Part shown: positions 48,105 to 59,667 of the stretch, in pieces
Numbering within the stretch: position 1 is the stretch's first letter
How the letters are laid out: each line of letters starts with the position of its first letter
DNA from: Rickettsia typhi
Lineage (GTDB): Bacteria > Pseudomonadota > Alphaproteobacteria > Rickettsiales > UBA1997
DNA: 64,000 nucleotides
Direction of reading: 5' to 3'
Assembly: GCA_945862075.1 (NCBI GenBank)
Contig: CAMAWV010000002.1
Coordinates: forward strand, 6,872-70,871
Position numbers and translations under genes: made by a program
The notes under the pieces: model-generated
Told to the model about the DNA's origin: nothing
What the model saw: the letters and a program-made list of their open reading frames with translations, nothing else
Databases searched by the model: none

Positions 48105-48496
48105 ATCACCAATTTTTTTGCCGAGTTTATTACGAAGATACCGATTGTGGCAAAGTTGTTTATTATGCCAATTATCTAAAATTTTTCGAACGAGCCAGAA
48201 CCGAGCTTTTACGTAGTTTGAATATTTCGCAAAGTATTTTAGCAAAAGAGCAACAGCTTGCTTTTGTAGTGCGAAATTGTCAAATAAATTATCAGCATCC
48301 TGCTATTTTTGACGATTTACTTTTAGTTGAAAGCAAAATCAGTAATTTAGGCAAGGCATCTATTGATATGGAGCAAAAAATTACTTGCAATAGCAAAAAA
48401 ATTGCCAGTCTTGTTGTCAATTTAGCCTGCATTAACACCATAACTTTTAAGCCTTGCAAACTACCAACAACCATTCAATCAATTTTTTATGTTTGA
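48083..48496 (+). CDS. ybgC: YbgC-type acyl-CoA thioesterase (4HBT hot-dog fold)
   Basis: RVYYEDTDCGKVVYYANYLKFFERARTELLR is the YbgC/4HBT active-site region. Confidence 0.8.
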   Translation: MFCQNKMNHQFFCRVYYEDTDCGKVVYYANYLKFFERARTELLRSLNISQSILAKEQQLAFVVRNCQINYQHPAIFDDLLLVESKISNLGKASIDMEQKITCNSKKIASLVVNLACINTITFKPCKLPTTIQSIFYV

Positions 48497-49829
48497 TAAT
48501 TTTTCTAATAAAGTAACCCAAATTTTTCAGAGTATTTCTGGTAAAAAACTTATCACCGAAGATCATCTAAACGAAACCCTGCGTGAAATCAGAATCGCCT
48601 TGCTTGAAGCCGATGTTTCTTTACCCGTTGCCAAAGATTTTATTAATAAAGTAAAAGAAGAAGCCCTAGGTAAGCAAATTCTAAAAAATATCGCTCCAGG
48701 GCAAATGATTGTTAAGGTGGTGCATGATTGCTTGGTTGATTTATTTGGCACAGAAAAAGCCGAAATTAATTTAGCTACCACTCCACCTGCGGTTATAATG
48801 ATGGTTGGCTTGCAAGGTGCCGGAAAAACTACCAGTTCTGCCAAATTAGCATCTCTTTTAAAAAATAAAATGCGCAAAAAAGTTTTACTAGCTTCACTTG
48901 ATATTTACAGGCCAGCAGCGGTTGAGCAGTTAGAAATTTTGGCAAAAAAAATAGATGTCGATTTTGCTCATTTTGTTGCCGAAAAAAACGTGTTGCAGTT
49001 GGCAGAAATTGCTAAACAACAAGCTTCTGATTATGCTTATGATGTTTTAATTCTTGATACTGCAGGTCGAACATCTATAAATGCCGAGCTAATGCAAGAG
49101 TTAATCAATTTAAATAAATTCACTAATCCTTGCGAAATTTTACTTACCGTCGATGCCATGATTGGGCAAGATGCTTTAAATGTTGCCAAAAATTTTCAAC
49201 AAGCTTTACCGCTTACTGGTGTGGTGCTTACTAGGCTCGATGGCGATAGTCGTGGCGGTGTTGCTCTTACCATGAAGGCAACTACCAACTGCCCAATTAA
49301 ATTTATTGGCACTGGTGAAAAACTCGGCGATTTTGCCGAGTTTAACCCAGATCGTATTGCATCTAGAATTGTTGGTATGGGCGATGTTGTTTCGTTAGTT
49401 GAAAAAGCTCAAGAGATTTTTGATATTAAAGAAATGGAAACCACCACTAGTAAATTTAAAAAAGGCAAAGTTGATTTTAATGATATTTTAAGTCAAATTC
49501 GTAATATGCGAAAAATGGGCGGAATGGCATCTATTGTTAATTTGTTACCTGGTTTTAATGGTATTAAAGAACAACTTAAAAATATGTCACATTTCGAAAC
49601 AGAGGTAAAAAAACAAGAGGCTATTATTTTAGCCATGACTCCTAAAGAACGTCTTAACCCAGATTTACTTAACTCTTCTCGAAAACATCGTATTGCCAAA
49701 GGCGCTGGTTCAAATATTCAAGAAGTAAATAGATTAATGAAAAAACATAAACAAATGCAAAAAATGATGCAAAAATTTGGCAAAATCGATCCTAAAAAAC
49801 TCGAAGAAATGATGGAGAAAACTCAATAA
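48489..49829 (+). CDS. ffh: Signal recognition particle protein
   Basis: GLQGAGKTT, DTAGR, LTRLDGDSRGG and a Met-rich M domain with a KKHKQMQKMMQKF tail. Confidence 0.95.
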   Translation: MFDNFSNKVTQIFQSISGKKLITEDHLNETLREIRIALLEADVSLPVAKDFINKVKEEALGKQILKNIAPGQMIVKVVHDCLVDLFGTEKAEINLATTPPAVIMMVGLQGAGKTTSSAKLASLLKNKMRKKVLLASLDIYRPAAVEQLEILAKKIDVDFAHFVAEKNVLQLAEIAKQQASDYAYDVLILDTAGRTSINAELMQELINLNKFTNPCEILLTVDAMIGQDALNVAKNFQQALPLTGVVLTRLDGDSRGGVALTMKATTNCPIKFIGTGEKLGDFAEFNPDRIASRIVGMGDVVSLVEKAQEIFDIKEMETTTSKFKKGKVDFNDILSQIRNMRKMGGMASIVNLLPGFNGIKEQLKNMSHFETEVKKQEAIILAMTPKERLNPDLLNSSRKHRIAKGAGSNIQEVNRLMKKHKQMQKMMQKFGKIDPKKLEEMMEKTQ

Positions 49830-49842
49830 ATATACAAAAAAT

Positions 49843-51207
49843 ATGCAAAATTACTTTCTTAAATTTATCATTTTTTTGTGGCTCACTCTATTTATTTCTG
49901 GTTGCTCTACCGATAAAAAATACGATAAAAAAAAAGCGATTGACTTACTTACAAATAATCAAGAAACCATAATTTCTGGTGAAAAAGTATTATTGTCAAA
50001 AACAATAAACAAAAAGTCTTTCACTTATAATCAACTTAATGGTTTTGAGCATTTAGCTAAAAATTATCATCTCAAACAGCAAAATTTTTTTGGTCTATCA
50101 TCAAAACAATTTTATGAATTTAGCAAGCAAACAATATATCAGAAATTTTATTTACAAAATCACAGCCAAACTTTTGTTTTTGAGCCCCAAATTGTTGAAA
50201 ATAATTTGTTTGTTTTTAGCGCTTCGGGGCATTTGCAAAAATATCAAATAATTGAAGTTGATAAAAATATTTCTTTTCAGCTATTATGGGAAAAGCCAAT
50301 ATTTACTAGCATTAGCAACCATCAATATCGCTTATTAAAAATTTCAAGTTGCCAAGAAATGCTTCTGTTAATTGATGGTAGCAACAAAATAAAAGCTTTT
50401 TCTGCCGATAATGGCAATTTATTGTGGCAAAAAGAGTTATCTGCTATACTTTCTTCGGCTCCAGTATGTTCGGCAAATTCTGTTTTTGTAAGCAGTAGCA
50501 ATAACAAAACTTTTTCATTACAAAAAAATAATGGCAACATTAATTGGTTGCATCAAGGGCTGCTTGCAAACACTACAATTTTTAATAGCTCAAACATTGT
50601 TTTGTGGCAAAATAATTTATTGGTGGCCTATGCTTCTGGTGATATTTATTTATTGCAACAACAAAATGGTAACGAGCTTTGGCAAAATAATGTTAATCTA
50701 TATCAAAACACTTTTCATCAAGATTATTTAAACGATATTAATGCTAATTTAGTAATTGCCGATAATGCGGTTTTTGTGGTAGGAAATGGCGGCTTATTAA
50801 AAAGTTTAAAATTGGTCGACGGATCTTTATTATGGCAAATTACCGAATCTAGTTTAGCAAATTTTTGGCTAGTTTCTGATAATTTATTTTTTATAAACAA
50901 TCAAAATAAACTTATTGCTCTTAACAAAAACACTGGCAAAATCAAGTGGCAAAGCCAATTACCTTATTTAAAAAAAGCCAAAAAAATGACTAGTAAAATT
51001 ATTTATAATGGTCTTGTAGTGGCCGGTGAAAAAATTTTAATCACTAGCCAAAATGGTGATTTTATTATTATTTCTGCTCTTGATGGCGACATAGAAACAA
51101 CCATAACTCTAGGAGCAGAAATTTTTCATCAACCTTTAGTGGTAGATGATAAAATATATCTACACTTACTTCATAAATTTACTAGTCAACTAATTGTTTT
51201 ACAATAA
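49843..51207 (+). CDS. bamB: BamB-like PQQ-repeat beta-propeller outer-membrane lipoprotein
   Basis: Lipobox LFISGCS and repeated xG(N/S/K)xxWQ blades (NGNLLWQ, NGNINWL, NGNELWQ, DGSLLWQ, TGKIKWQ). Confidence 0.7.
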   Translation: MQNYFLKFIIFLWLTLFISGCSTDKKYDKKKAIDLLTNNQETIISGEKVLLSKTINKKSFTYNQLNGFEHLAKNYHLKQQNFFGLSSKQFYEFSKQTIYQKFYLQNHSQTFVFEPQIVENNLFVFSASGHLQKYQIIEVDKNISFQLLWEKPIFTSISNHQYRLLKISSCQEMLLLIDGSNKIKAFSADNGNLLWQKELSAILSSAPVCSANSVFVSSSNNKTFSLQKNNGNINWLHQGLLANTTIFNSSNIVLWQNNLLVAYASGDIYLLQQQNGNELWQNNVNLYQNTFHQDYLNDINANLVIADNAVFVVGNGGLLKSLKLVDGSLLWQITESSLANFWLVSDNLFFINNQNKLIALNKNTGKIKWQSQLPYLKKAKKMTSKIIYNGLVVAGEKILITSQNGDFIIISALDGDIETTITLGAEIFHQPLVVDDKIYLHLLHKFTSQLIVLQ

Positions 51208-53775
51208 ATGTTTACATCTTTTCCTACTCAATACAATGTTGGTGCTGCCGAAAGCAAATGGCAAAAATACTGGCAAGAACAAAAAATTTATCAATGGCAA
51301 GCTCCAGATTCACGATTTAATAGTTTTGTTATCGATACTCCTCCTCCAACAGTTTCTGGTCTCTTGCATATGGGGCATGTTTTTTCGTACACTCAAGCCG
51401 ATTTTATTGCCAGATTTCAGCGTATGCAAGGTAAACAAGTTTTTTATCCAATGGGTTTTGATGATAATGGTTTACCTACCGAAAGGTTGGTTGAAAAAAT
51501 CATTGGCAAAAAAGCCAGTATTTACGAACAAGAAAATGGGCAAGGTTCTTTTGTAAAAAAGTGTCAAGAAGTTGTGCAAGAAGCCGAAACTGAATTTGAA
51601 AGTTTATTTAACCAAATTGCTTTATCTGTTGATTGGGAGCAAAAATATCAAACTATTTCACCACAATCGCAAAAGTTATCGCAAGCTTCTTTTCTTGATT
51701 TATGGCATAAAGGTTTCATAGAAAAAAAACTTGCTCCAGTTTTTTACGATATTGCCGATCGCACTGCCTTGGCTCAAGCCGATTTAGTTGATAACGAAGT
51801 TGAAGGTTTTCAGTATCAATTTTATTTTACAATTGAGAAATATCAAGTTGCCATCATGACAACTCGCCCAGAGCTTTTACCTGCTTGTGTAGCAATTATG
51901 GTGCATCCGCAAGATGGTCGATATCAAAAATTTATTGGTAAAAAAGCCGTTTCGCCGTTATTTAATATCGAAGTTTTGGTAATTGCCGACGATCTTGTGC
52001 AGTTTGAAAAGGGCACAGGAGCGGTAATGTGTTGCACTTTTGGCGATGAAACCGATTTAAAATGGCAAAAAAAACATAATCTACCAAACCGAGAAATTAT
52101 CAATAGTTTTGGCAAATTTAAAACCGCTTCCGAACTTACTCATTTAGCTGATAACAAGCTTTATCAAGAGCTTTTAGCCGATAAAAAACTCAAAGAAGGC
52201 AAAGAAGCCCTAGTTTTGGCTTTAACTCAACAAAAACTGCTATTAGGCGAGCCTCAAAAAATTGTGCGCTCGGTAAAATGTGCCGAACGATCAGGTACTC
52301 CAATTGAAATTATTTCACAAGAACAATGGTTTATCAAGTTACTCAATAAAAAAGCCGACTTGCATCATAAAGTAGAGCAGTGCAATTGGAAACCTAACTA
52401 TATGAAAGTAAGAATCCAGCAATGGATAGATGGTTTGGCATTTGATTGGTGTATTTCTAGACAACGATTTTTTGGAGTAAAATTTCCTGTTTGGAAGCTG
52501 GTTTCGCTAGATGGCACAACTACTAAATTTGCAGTTGCCGATATTTCGCAACTACCAGTTGATCCACTCCTTGATTTACCTTTTGGCTATGTTAAAACTT
52601 CTCATAATTTGGTTGAAGATACTAGCGGTCAGAGGTGGCAAATTTTTCCAGAAACCGCAGTGATGGATACTTGGGCGACTTCTTCTATCACTCCTCAACT
52701 TTCATCGCACGGTATCAGTAGTAATTTTTGTTTTGATTACGATAGACATCAGCAACTTTTTCCAGCCGATTTACGGCCACAAGCTCACGAAATTATTAGA
52801 ACTTGGGCATTTTATACTATTGCCAAATCTTTACTGCATGCCGATAGTGTTCCGTGGTATAATCTTATGATTTCTGGTTGGTGTTTAGCTTCTGATAAAA
52901 CCAAAATGAGTAAATCAAAAGGCAATGTTATTACTCCTGCTAGTTTAATTGCTAGCAAAGGGGCCGATGCGGTTCGTTATTGGGCCTCGGCTTCGAGCTT
53001 GGGTGCCGATATTACTTATAGTGAAGAAGTATTTAAGATTGGGCAAAAATTAATTACCAAGCTTTTTAATGCTTGTAAGTTTGCTTATAGTCATTTTGGA
53101 GTGCTAAAAAAATTTGACAATGCTTATTTTGTTGCAAATATTACTCATGCAGCCGATTTATATATTTTACAGAAATTGCAAAATGTTTTAGAAATTTACC
53201 AGCAAGAATTTCAGCAGTTCGAGTATGCTAAAGCAAGAGAAGTGGTAGAAGAATTTTTTTGGAAATATCTTTGCGACAATTATTTAGAGATTTGCAAAGT
53301 TCGTTGTTATGGCTTGGTGGCCGAAAAATATGCAGGTCAAACATTAAATCAAGAGCAACAAGAAAATATTTTAGCAGGTCAACAAAGTGCGGTAAGTAGC
53401 TTGTATTTAATATTTAATATGGTATTAAAATTATTTGCTCCTTTTTTACCGCATATTTGTGAAGAACTTTATAGTTTAGTTTTTCCTTCAGAATTTGCCG
53501 AAAAAAAATCTATTCATAGTTGTAATAATTTTGCCTATTTGCCTTTATGTTTTGAAAACAGTAAAGCTTTACAACAAGGCGAATGGCTTTTGGCAACACT
53601 TTTTGCAGTACGTAAATATAAATCAGAGCATAATTTATCAATGAAAACTACTATCAATAAATTAATTGTTCATTATAATTTTTGCGATGATGTTTTGCTT
53701 GATTTAGCTAATGTTTGCAATGCTAACAATGTTGAAATTAATTTATTTTTAGAAAATATTAAGATAGAAAATTAA
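51208..53775 (+). CDS. valS: Valine--tRNA ligase (archaeal-like type as in Rickettsiales)
   Basis: HIGH region PPPTVSGLLHMGHVFSYT, then GFDDNGLPTE and KMSKSKGN. N-terminal and HIGH-region spacing resemble the archaeal-type ValRS known from Rickettsia, not the canonical bacterial PPPNVTG type. Confidence 0.8.
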   Translation: MFTSFPTQYNVGAAESKWQKYWQEQKIYQWQAPDSRFNSFVIDTPPPTVSGLLHMGHVFSYTQADFIARFQRMQGKQVFYPMGFDDNGLPTERLVEKIIGKKASIYEQENGQGSFVKKCQEVVQEAETEFESLFNQIALSVDWEQKYQTISPQSQKLSQASFLDLWHKGFIEKKLAPVFYDIADRTALAQADLVDNEVEGFQYQFYFTIEKYQVAIMTTRPELLPACVAIMVHPQDGRYQKFIGKKAVSPLFNIEVLVIADDLVQFEKGTGAVMCCTFGDETDLKWQKKHNLPNREIINSFGKFKTASELTHLADNKLYQELLADKKLKEGKEALVLALTQQKLLLGEPQKIVRSVKCAERSGTPIEIISQEQWFIKLLNKKADLHHKVEQCNWKPNYMKVRIQQWIDGLAFDWCISRQRFFGVKFPVWKLVSLDGTTTKFAVADISQLPVDPLLDLPFGYVKTSHNLVEDTSGQRWQIFPETAVMDTWATSSITPQLSSHGISSNFCFDYDRHQQLFPADLRPQAHEIIRTWAFYTIAKSLLHADSVPWYNLMISGWCLASDKTKMSKSKGNVITPASLIASKGADAVRYWASASSLGADITYSEEVFKIGQKLITKLFNACKFAYSHFGVLKKFDNAYFVANITHAADLYILQKLQNVLEIYQQEFQQFEYAKAREVVEEFFWKYLCDNYLEICKVRCYGLVAEKYAGQTLNQEQQENILAGQQSAVSSLYLIFNMVLKLFAPFLPHICEELYSLVFPSEFAEKKSIHSCNNFAYLPLCFENSKALQQGEWLLATLFAVRKYKSEHNLSMKTTINKLIVHYNFCDDVLLDLANVCNANNVEINLFLENIKIEN

Positions 53776-53810
53776 AATATAGCAGAATCGATTTTGATTT
53801 TAACAAGTTA

Positions 53811-53839
53811 TTGACAATAATCAGTAGTTGTTTTAAAAT
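53811..53839 (+). promoter_or_regulatory. Possible sigma70-type promoter upstream of ilvC
   Basis: TTGACA (53811-53816), a 17-nt spacer, then TAAAAT (53834-53839), 42 nt upstream of the ilvC ATG. Confidence 0.3.
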
Positions 53840-53866
53840 AATTAATAGAAATTTTTGTTAATCTAA

Positions 53867-54901
<1,035 letters not shown>

Positions 54902-54908
54902 TAAATTA

Positions 54909-56267
54909 ATGTCTCAAAACAAGCTAGTAGTGGTTATTTTGGCGGCAGGAAAAGGCACCAGAATGAAATCATCTCTGCCAAAAGTAATGCATCAGTTGTC
55001 TTTTCGACCAATGCTTTACTTGGTTTTAGATCAAGTTATTAAGCTTGCACCACAACAAATAATTATTGTTTGTTCGCAACATTTACTCTCTTACCAACAA
55101 CAAATTATTGCCGAATTTAGCCATCTACCTTTGGTTTTTGTTTTGCAAGAACAACAACTAGGTACGTCACATGCTGTAAAGTCGGCATTGCCAGAGCTTG
55201 CTAAACAACAGGCAAAACAGGTTTTAGTGCTTTATGCTGATACTCCTCTCATTACCAACGACACTCTGTTAAAAATGCAAAACTCTCTTTCTTCTGTCTC
55301 GTTAGTGGTGTTAAGTTTTGTGCAAAATAATCCTCACCAATATGGCAGGCTAATTACTCAGCAAGAAAAAGTTTTACAAATTATTGAGCATAAAGATTGC
55401 AATTTAGAGCAACAACAAATCTCTCTTTGCAATTCAGGTGTTATGGCAATTGATGGCGAACTTTTACCAAAGTTACTTGCCGAAGTTACTAACCATAACA
55501 AAGCAGGCGAATATTATCTTACCGATTTAATTTTTATTGCTAATCAGCACAATTTAATTTGTCACCATCTGCCTGTGTCAAAAGAAGAGGTTTTAGGGGT
55601 GAATTCGCAAGTTGAGTTAGCGATGGTTGAAAAAATCCATCAAAAACAAATTAAAAAAAACCTGCAAGAAAATGGAGTTACTATTTTAATGCCTAAAAAC
55701 ACCTACATTGCCTATAATGCCAAAATTGCTTCCGATGTTATTTTGCATCCTTTTGTGGTTATTGGGCCAGATGTAGTTATTGAGTCGCAAGCCGAAATTA
55801 AATCTTTTTCGCATTTGCAAGGGGTAGTGGTTAAATCGCAAGCAAGTGTTGGACCATTCGCTAGAATTAGGCCAAATTCTACTATTAAGCAAAAAGCGAA
55901 AATCGGCAATTTTGTTGAAATTAAAAACAGTTCTATTGGTGAAAATAGTCAAGTAAATCATCTTAGTTATGTAGGTGATGCTGTGGTAGGCAACAAAACC
56001 AATATCGGTGCAGGAGTTATTACTTGCAACTACGATGGCTATCAAAAATCTACTACCAATATTGGCGATGAGGTATTTATTGGCTCTAATTCTTGTTTAA
56101 TTGCCCCCATTAATGTGGTAAGCAACACTATTGTGGGAGCGGGTTCTGTTATTACCAAGTCGCTAGAAACTGGCGATTTGGCTATTGCTCGAGCTAAACA
56201 AATCAACATTAAAAACGGAGCAGTTGTTTATCATAACAAAAAAAATATTAACAAGAAACCTAAATAA
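54909..56267 (+). CDS. glmU: Bifunctional GlcNAc-1-P uridyltransferase / GlcN-1-P acetyltransferase
   Basis: VILAAGKGTRMKS is present, and the C-terminal left-handed beta-helix hexapeptide repeats end in NYDG. Confidence 0.9.
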   Translation: MSQNKLVVVILAAGKGTRMKSSLPKVMHQLSFRPMLYLVLDQVIKLAPQQIIIVCSQHLLSYQQQIIAEFSHLPLVFVLQEQQLGTSHAVKSALPELAKQQAKQVLVLYADTPLITNDTLLKMQNSLSSVSLVVLSFVQNNPHQYGRLITQQEKVLQIIEHKDCNLEQQQISLCNSGVMAIDGELLPKLLAEVTNHNKAGEYYLTDLIFIANQHNLICHHLPVSKEEVLGVNSQVELAMVEKIHQKQIKKNLQENGVTILMPKNTYIAYNAKIASDVILHPFVVIGPDVVIESQAEIKSFSHLQGVVVKSQASVGPFARIRPNSTIKQKAKIGNFVEIKNSSIGENSQVNHLSYVGDAVVGNKTNIGAGVITCNYDGYQKSTTNIGDEVFIGSNSCLIAPINVVSNTIVGAGSVITKSLETGDLAIARAKQINIKNGAVVYHNKKNINKKPK

Positions 56268-56278
56268 GCGATTGAGCT

Positions 56279-56746
56279 ATGAAATTTTTTGTTTTTTTGA
56301 TGTTGTTATTCAATTTTTATAGCAAAATCACCTTTGCGACTGCTACAATTCAAGAGGTAAAATATTTTGCGTCACTTAGAGCAAGCGAAACCAATGTTCG
56401 ATCTGGTCCGGGGCATCAGTATCCAATAAAATTTACTTTTCAAAATAAAAATATTCCTGTTTTAGTAGTAAGTGAATACGATAATTGGCTTGAAATACAA
56501 GATTATCAAAACGAAAAAGGCTGGGTTTCGCAAAGTTTAATTACCAAAAAAAGACATTTAATCGTGGTAAATGCTAGCCAAAATGTTGCAATGTATAAAA
56601 AAAATAATCTAAATTCTAAAGTATTATTTATGCTTGAAAATTTTGTGATTGGTGAATATCAAAAATGCCATGAAACAATGTGTTTAATGAATGTTAACAA
56701 CAAAGAAGGTTGGGTTAAAAAAGAAAATTTATATGGTTTTGACTAA
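56279..56746 (+). CDS. Exported bacterial SH3-like domain protein
   Basis: Signal peptide, then two SH3b-like segments (NVRSGPGHQYPIKF...WLEIQDYQNEKGWVSQSLI and ...NNKEGWVKKENLYG). Confidence 0.6.
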   Translation: MKFFVFLMLLFNFYSKITFATATIQEVKYFASLRASETNVRSGPGHQYPIKFTFQNKNIPVLVVSEYDNWLEIQDYQNEKGWVSQSLITKKRHLIVVNASQNVAMYKKNNLNSKVLFMLENFVIGEYQKCHETMCLMNVNNKEGWVKKENLYGFD

Positions 56747-56918
56747 AAAATTTACACAAATTTATAATTTTATGAAGCTAGTTGTTAGCTACATAAATGG
56801 CGATTTTGCTTATCAACAATTTTTGCAACATCATAGCGGTTGTTGTGTGCCAAGTAAAAAACAATTTTTAGCCGCAAAACGAAAACAAAAATGGCAAAAT
56901 TGCAATCGTTGTTGTTAA
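56733..56918 (+). CDS. YbdD/YjiX-family small protein (DUF466)
   Basis: 61 aa ending ...YQQFLQHH...KKQFLAAKRKQKWQNCNRCC. The terminal RCC and the DYxxYvxH-like core are characteristic of this family. I trimmed the start to ATG 56733, which overlaps the upstream stop. Confidence 0.55.
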   Translation: MVLTKKFTQIYNFMKLVVSYINGDFAYQQFLQHHSGCCVPSKKQFLAAKRKQKWQNCNRCC

Positions 56919-57046
56919 GTAATTAGATAAAATCAAGTTTTTAACTAAAAATATTATTTCCCTTCTTGTAATATTTGAAAGTGGTTGGTAACAAGATTGA
57001 GTTTGTAAATTTATAATATTTATGTAGCATTGCCATACGAACCTAG

Positions 57047-59398
57047 TTATATTTTTTGATATTCTTCTAAGGTATAATCGTCAACAGCCACAACTTCGGC
57101 AATAGCAAGTTTAGTATTATGTAGCAAATTGGCCTGCTCTTCGTGAATAATATTTTTTTGTAATGCCAAAATGATGAGATTTTGCCAATTTTCTTTTGGT
57201 AAATTTTTTTCTTTAATCGCTTGTTTAATTTGTTTGATAGCATCTTTTGCTTGTGTTTTTAACTCTAAAGCATAGATAAATCTGCCGAAGGAATCATCTT
57301 TATTGTTGGTTTTATAAATGCCATTTGTGAGGCTGTTTTGAAATTCGGCATCGTTAAGTAAGGCTTGGGCAATTTGATGAGTTTCGGTGTCGCTAGCAGG
57401 GCAAGAAAAAACATTTAATTTTACCCACCAGTTAATTGGTTTAAAAAGCCAAGCCAAAAGCCCAGTGAATAAATTTTGATAAATGCCTTCAATAGCTTGT
57501 TGAGCTTTACAAAGTTGCTCTTTTAAAGCATATTCTGCTGTTAAATATTGTTGAGGGCTAATAGCAGAATGCTGTATTTTGCGTAAAATGCAAACACTAA
57601 TATACATTGCCGAAAGCACATCGCCAAATCTACCGTTAAGCTTTTCTTTGCTTTTTAGTTTTCCACCAAATTTTAATAAAGCTATGTCGGCTAAAAAAGC
57701 GAAAGTTGCCGAACACCAAGCTATTTTGCGCTGGTATTTAGCAATTTTGCCACTTTGCATAAAACTAAAAGCATAACCTCTAGTTAAAGATAAAATAATG
57801 GAAAGCCCGATGTTTCTTATAAAATGGCAAATATGTTGCCAAAAAGCTTTATCAAACTGGGCAACATTGTTGTTTTCTATTGCCATAAATTCTTTATAAA
57901 TATAAGGATGCGACATAATAGCACCCTGCCCAAACTGAATTAAGCCTCGAGTTAAAATATTAGCTCCTTCAACGGTAATAGAAATAGGAGTAGAAAAATA
58001 AGGAGCAGAAAATAAATTTCTTTTACCACAAATAATACCTGCTCCACCTAAAATATCCATGCCAGCATTGATGTTTTGTCGAAACATTTCGGTAGCATGA
58101 TATTTAGCAATAGCACTTACCACGGCAGGTTTGGCACCAGAATCAACAGAAGAAGCGGTGAAAGATCTCATGGCATCAAGGGCAAAAGTTTTGCCTGCTA
58201 TATTTGCTAAAACCTCTTCTATTGCTTCAAACTTGCCAATTTCGGTAGAAAATTGTTCTCTTAAATTGCTATAAGCACAAGCTACTGCCAATACAAATTT
58301 TGAGCCACCGCAACTAGTAGAAGGTAAAGAAATTCCTCTGCCTGCCGATAAACACTCCATCAGCATTTGCCAGCCTTTGCCTAAACCAGATTTTTCGCCA
58401 ATAACAGCATTAAGCCCCACTATCACATTTTCTCCGTTGAGCGGTGAGTTAACGAAAGGAGTAAAGAGTGGATTATGCCTTCTGCCTTGCCTTACTCCTT
58501 GTGTGTTATGAGGAATTAAAGCGCAAGTAATACCTACATCGGAGTTTTGAAATAATAAATTTTCAGGATCTTTGAGTTGAAAAGCTACACCAATTAATGT
58601 AGCATAGGCTCCAAGAGTGATGTATCGTTTATTCCAGTTGAGTCTGATTTTTATTTCGCCGTCGCTATCGGTAAATAATACACCATTAGAAACAATAGAA
58701 GTAGCATCGCTACCTGCATTTGGTTCGGTGAGGGCGAAACAAGGTAACTCTTGACCGCAAGCCAGTTTTGGCAGGTAATGATCTTGTTGTTGTTTAGTGC
58801 CGTAATGAAGCAATAACTCGGCAGGCCCTAACGAATTTGGCACCATTACAGTGATTGCCAAACAAACAGAGCGAGAAGCGAGTTTTTCGATAACACAACT
58901 ATGAGCAAAAGCCGAAAAACCTAAACCGCCATAACTTTTTGGAATAATCATGCCAAAAAATTTTTCTTGCTTTAGAAATTGCCAAACTTCTTGCGGTAAG
59001 TCTTTAAGCTGCTGCACTTGATAATCGTTGCACATTTCACAAACTTTATTTACTTGATTATCTAAAAAGTTTTGCTCTTCGCAAGTGAGAGTTGGATAGG
59101 ATTCTTGCCATATTTTAGCAAAATTTGGTTTTCCTGAAAAAAGTTCGCCATCAACCCAAACTGTGCCAGATGTGAGAGCGATTTTTTCGGTATTAGAAAT
59201 TTTTGGAGCAAGCTTTAAAAAATGAATAAGTTGCATTATTAGCTTTGAAACTAAATAAGCTCTAAGCGGAGTAGCAAAAATAACCAATAAAATTAGTAGC
59301 AAATTAGCAACAAAATTATGCTTTGCAACATATAAAAAAGCAATAGCAACAAAAATAGCAAGAGAAAAAATAATTTTTTTTGTTAGGCAGTTTTTCAT
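57047..59398 (-). CDS. fadE: Large membrane-associated acyl-CoA dehydrogenase (FadE type)
   Basis: N-terminal TM helices, then GELFSGKP, DLPQEVWQFLKQEKFFGMIIPKSYGGLGFSA, NSLGPAELLLHYGT..Q..HYLPKLA.GQELPCFALTEPNAGSDA, collinear with E. coli FadE. Confidence 0.85.
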   Translation of the reverse strand: MKNCLTKKIIFSLAIFVAIAFLYVAKHNFVANLLLILLVIFATPLRAYLVSKLIMQLIHFLKLAPKISNTEKIALTSGTVWVDGELFSGKPNFAKIWQESYPTLTCEEQNFLDNQVNKVCEMCNDYQVQQLKDLPQEVWQFLKQEKFFGMIIPKSYGGLGFSAFAHSCVIEKLASRSVCLAITVMVPNSLGPAELLLHYGTKQQQDHYLPKLACGQELPCFALTEPNAGSDATSIVSNGVLFTDSDGEIKIRLNWNKRYITLGAYATLIGVAFQLKDPENLLFQNSDVGITCALIPHNTQGVRQGRRHNPLFTPFVNSPLNGENVIVGLNAVIGEKSGLGKGWQMLMECLSAGRGISLPSTSCGGSKFVLAVACAYSNLREQFSTEIGKFEAIEEVLANIAGKTFALDAMRSFTASSVDSGAKPAVVSAIAKYHATEMFRQNINAGMDILGGAGIICGKRNLFSAPYFSTPISITVEGANILTRGLIQFGQGAIMSHPYIYKEFMAIENNNVAQFDKAFWQHICHFIRNIGLSIILSLTRGYAFSFMQSGKIAKYQRKIAWCSATFAFLADIALLKFGGKLKSKEKLNGRFGDVLSAMYISVCILRKIQHSAISPQQYLTAEYALKEQLCKAQQAIEGIYQNLFTGLLAWLFKPINWWVKLNVFSCPASDTETHQIAQALLNDAEFQNSLTNGIYKTNNKDDSFGRFIYALELKTQAKDAIKQIKQAIKEKNLPKENWQNLIILALQKNIIHEEQANLLHNTKLAIAEVVAVDDYTLEEYQKI

Positions 59399-59401
59399 AG
59401 G

Positions 59402-59656
59402 CTAATTTTTTAATAAATCGTTAAGTTTATTGGTAGATTCAAGTAAATATAAATCATCGCAACCGCCAATATGCTGATTATTGATGAAAATTTGCGGTAC
59501 TGTAAGCCTGCCATTAGCTTTGGCAACCATTTCGGCTTTAATTTGTTCGTTGATTACTTTTATTTCGGTGAACTGCGCTTGTTTTTTTTGCAACAAAGCT
59601 TTTGCCTTGGTGCAGTAAGGACAGATATCTGTGGTATAAATAATAATTTTAGCCAT
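59402..59656 (-). CDS. grxC: Glutaredoxin 3
   Basis: CPYC active site, TVPQIFI and GGCDDL are present. Confidence 0.9.
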   Translation of the reverse strand: MAKIIIYTTDICPYCTKAKALLQKKQAQFTEIKVINEQIKAEMVAKANGRLTVPQIFINNQHIGGCDDLYLLESTNKLNDLLKN

Positions 59657-59667
59657 ATTTTTTTAAA

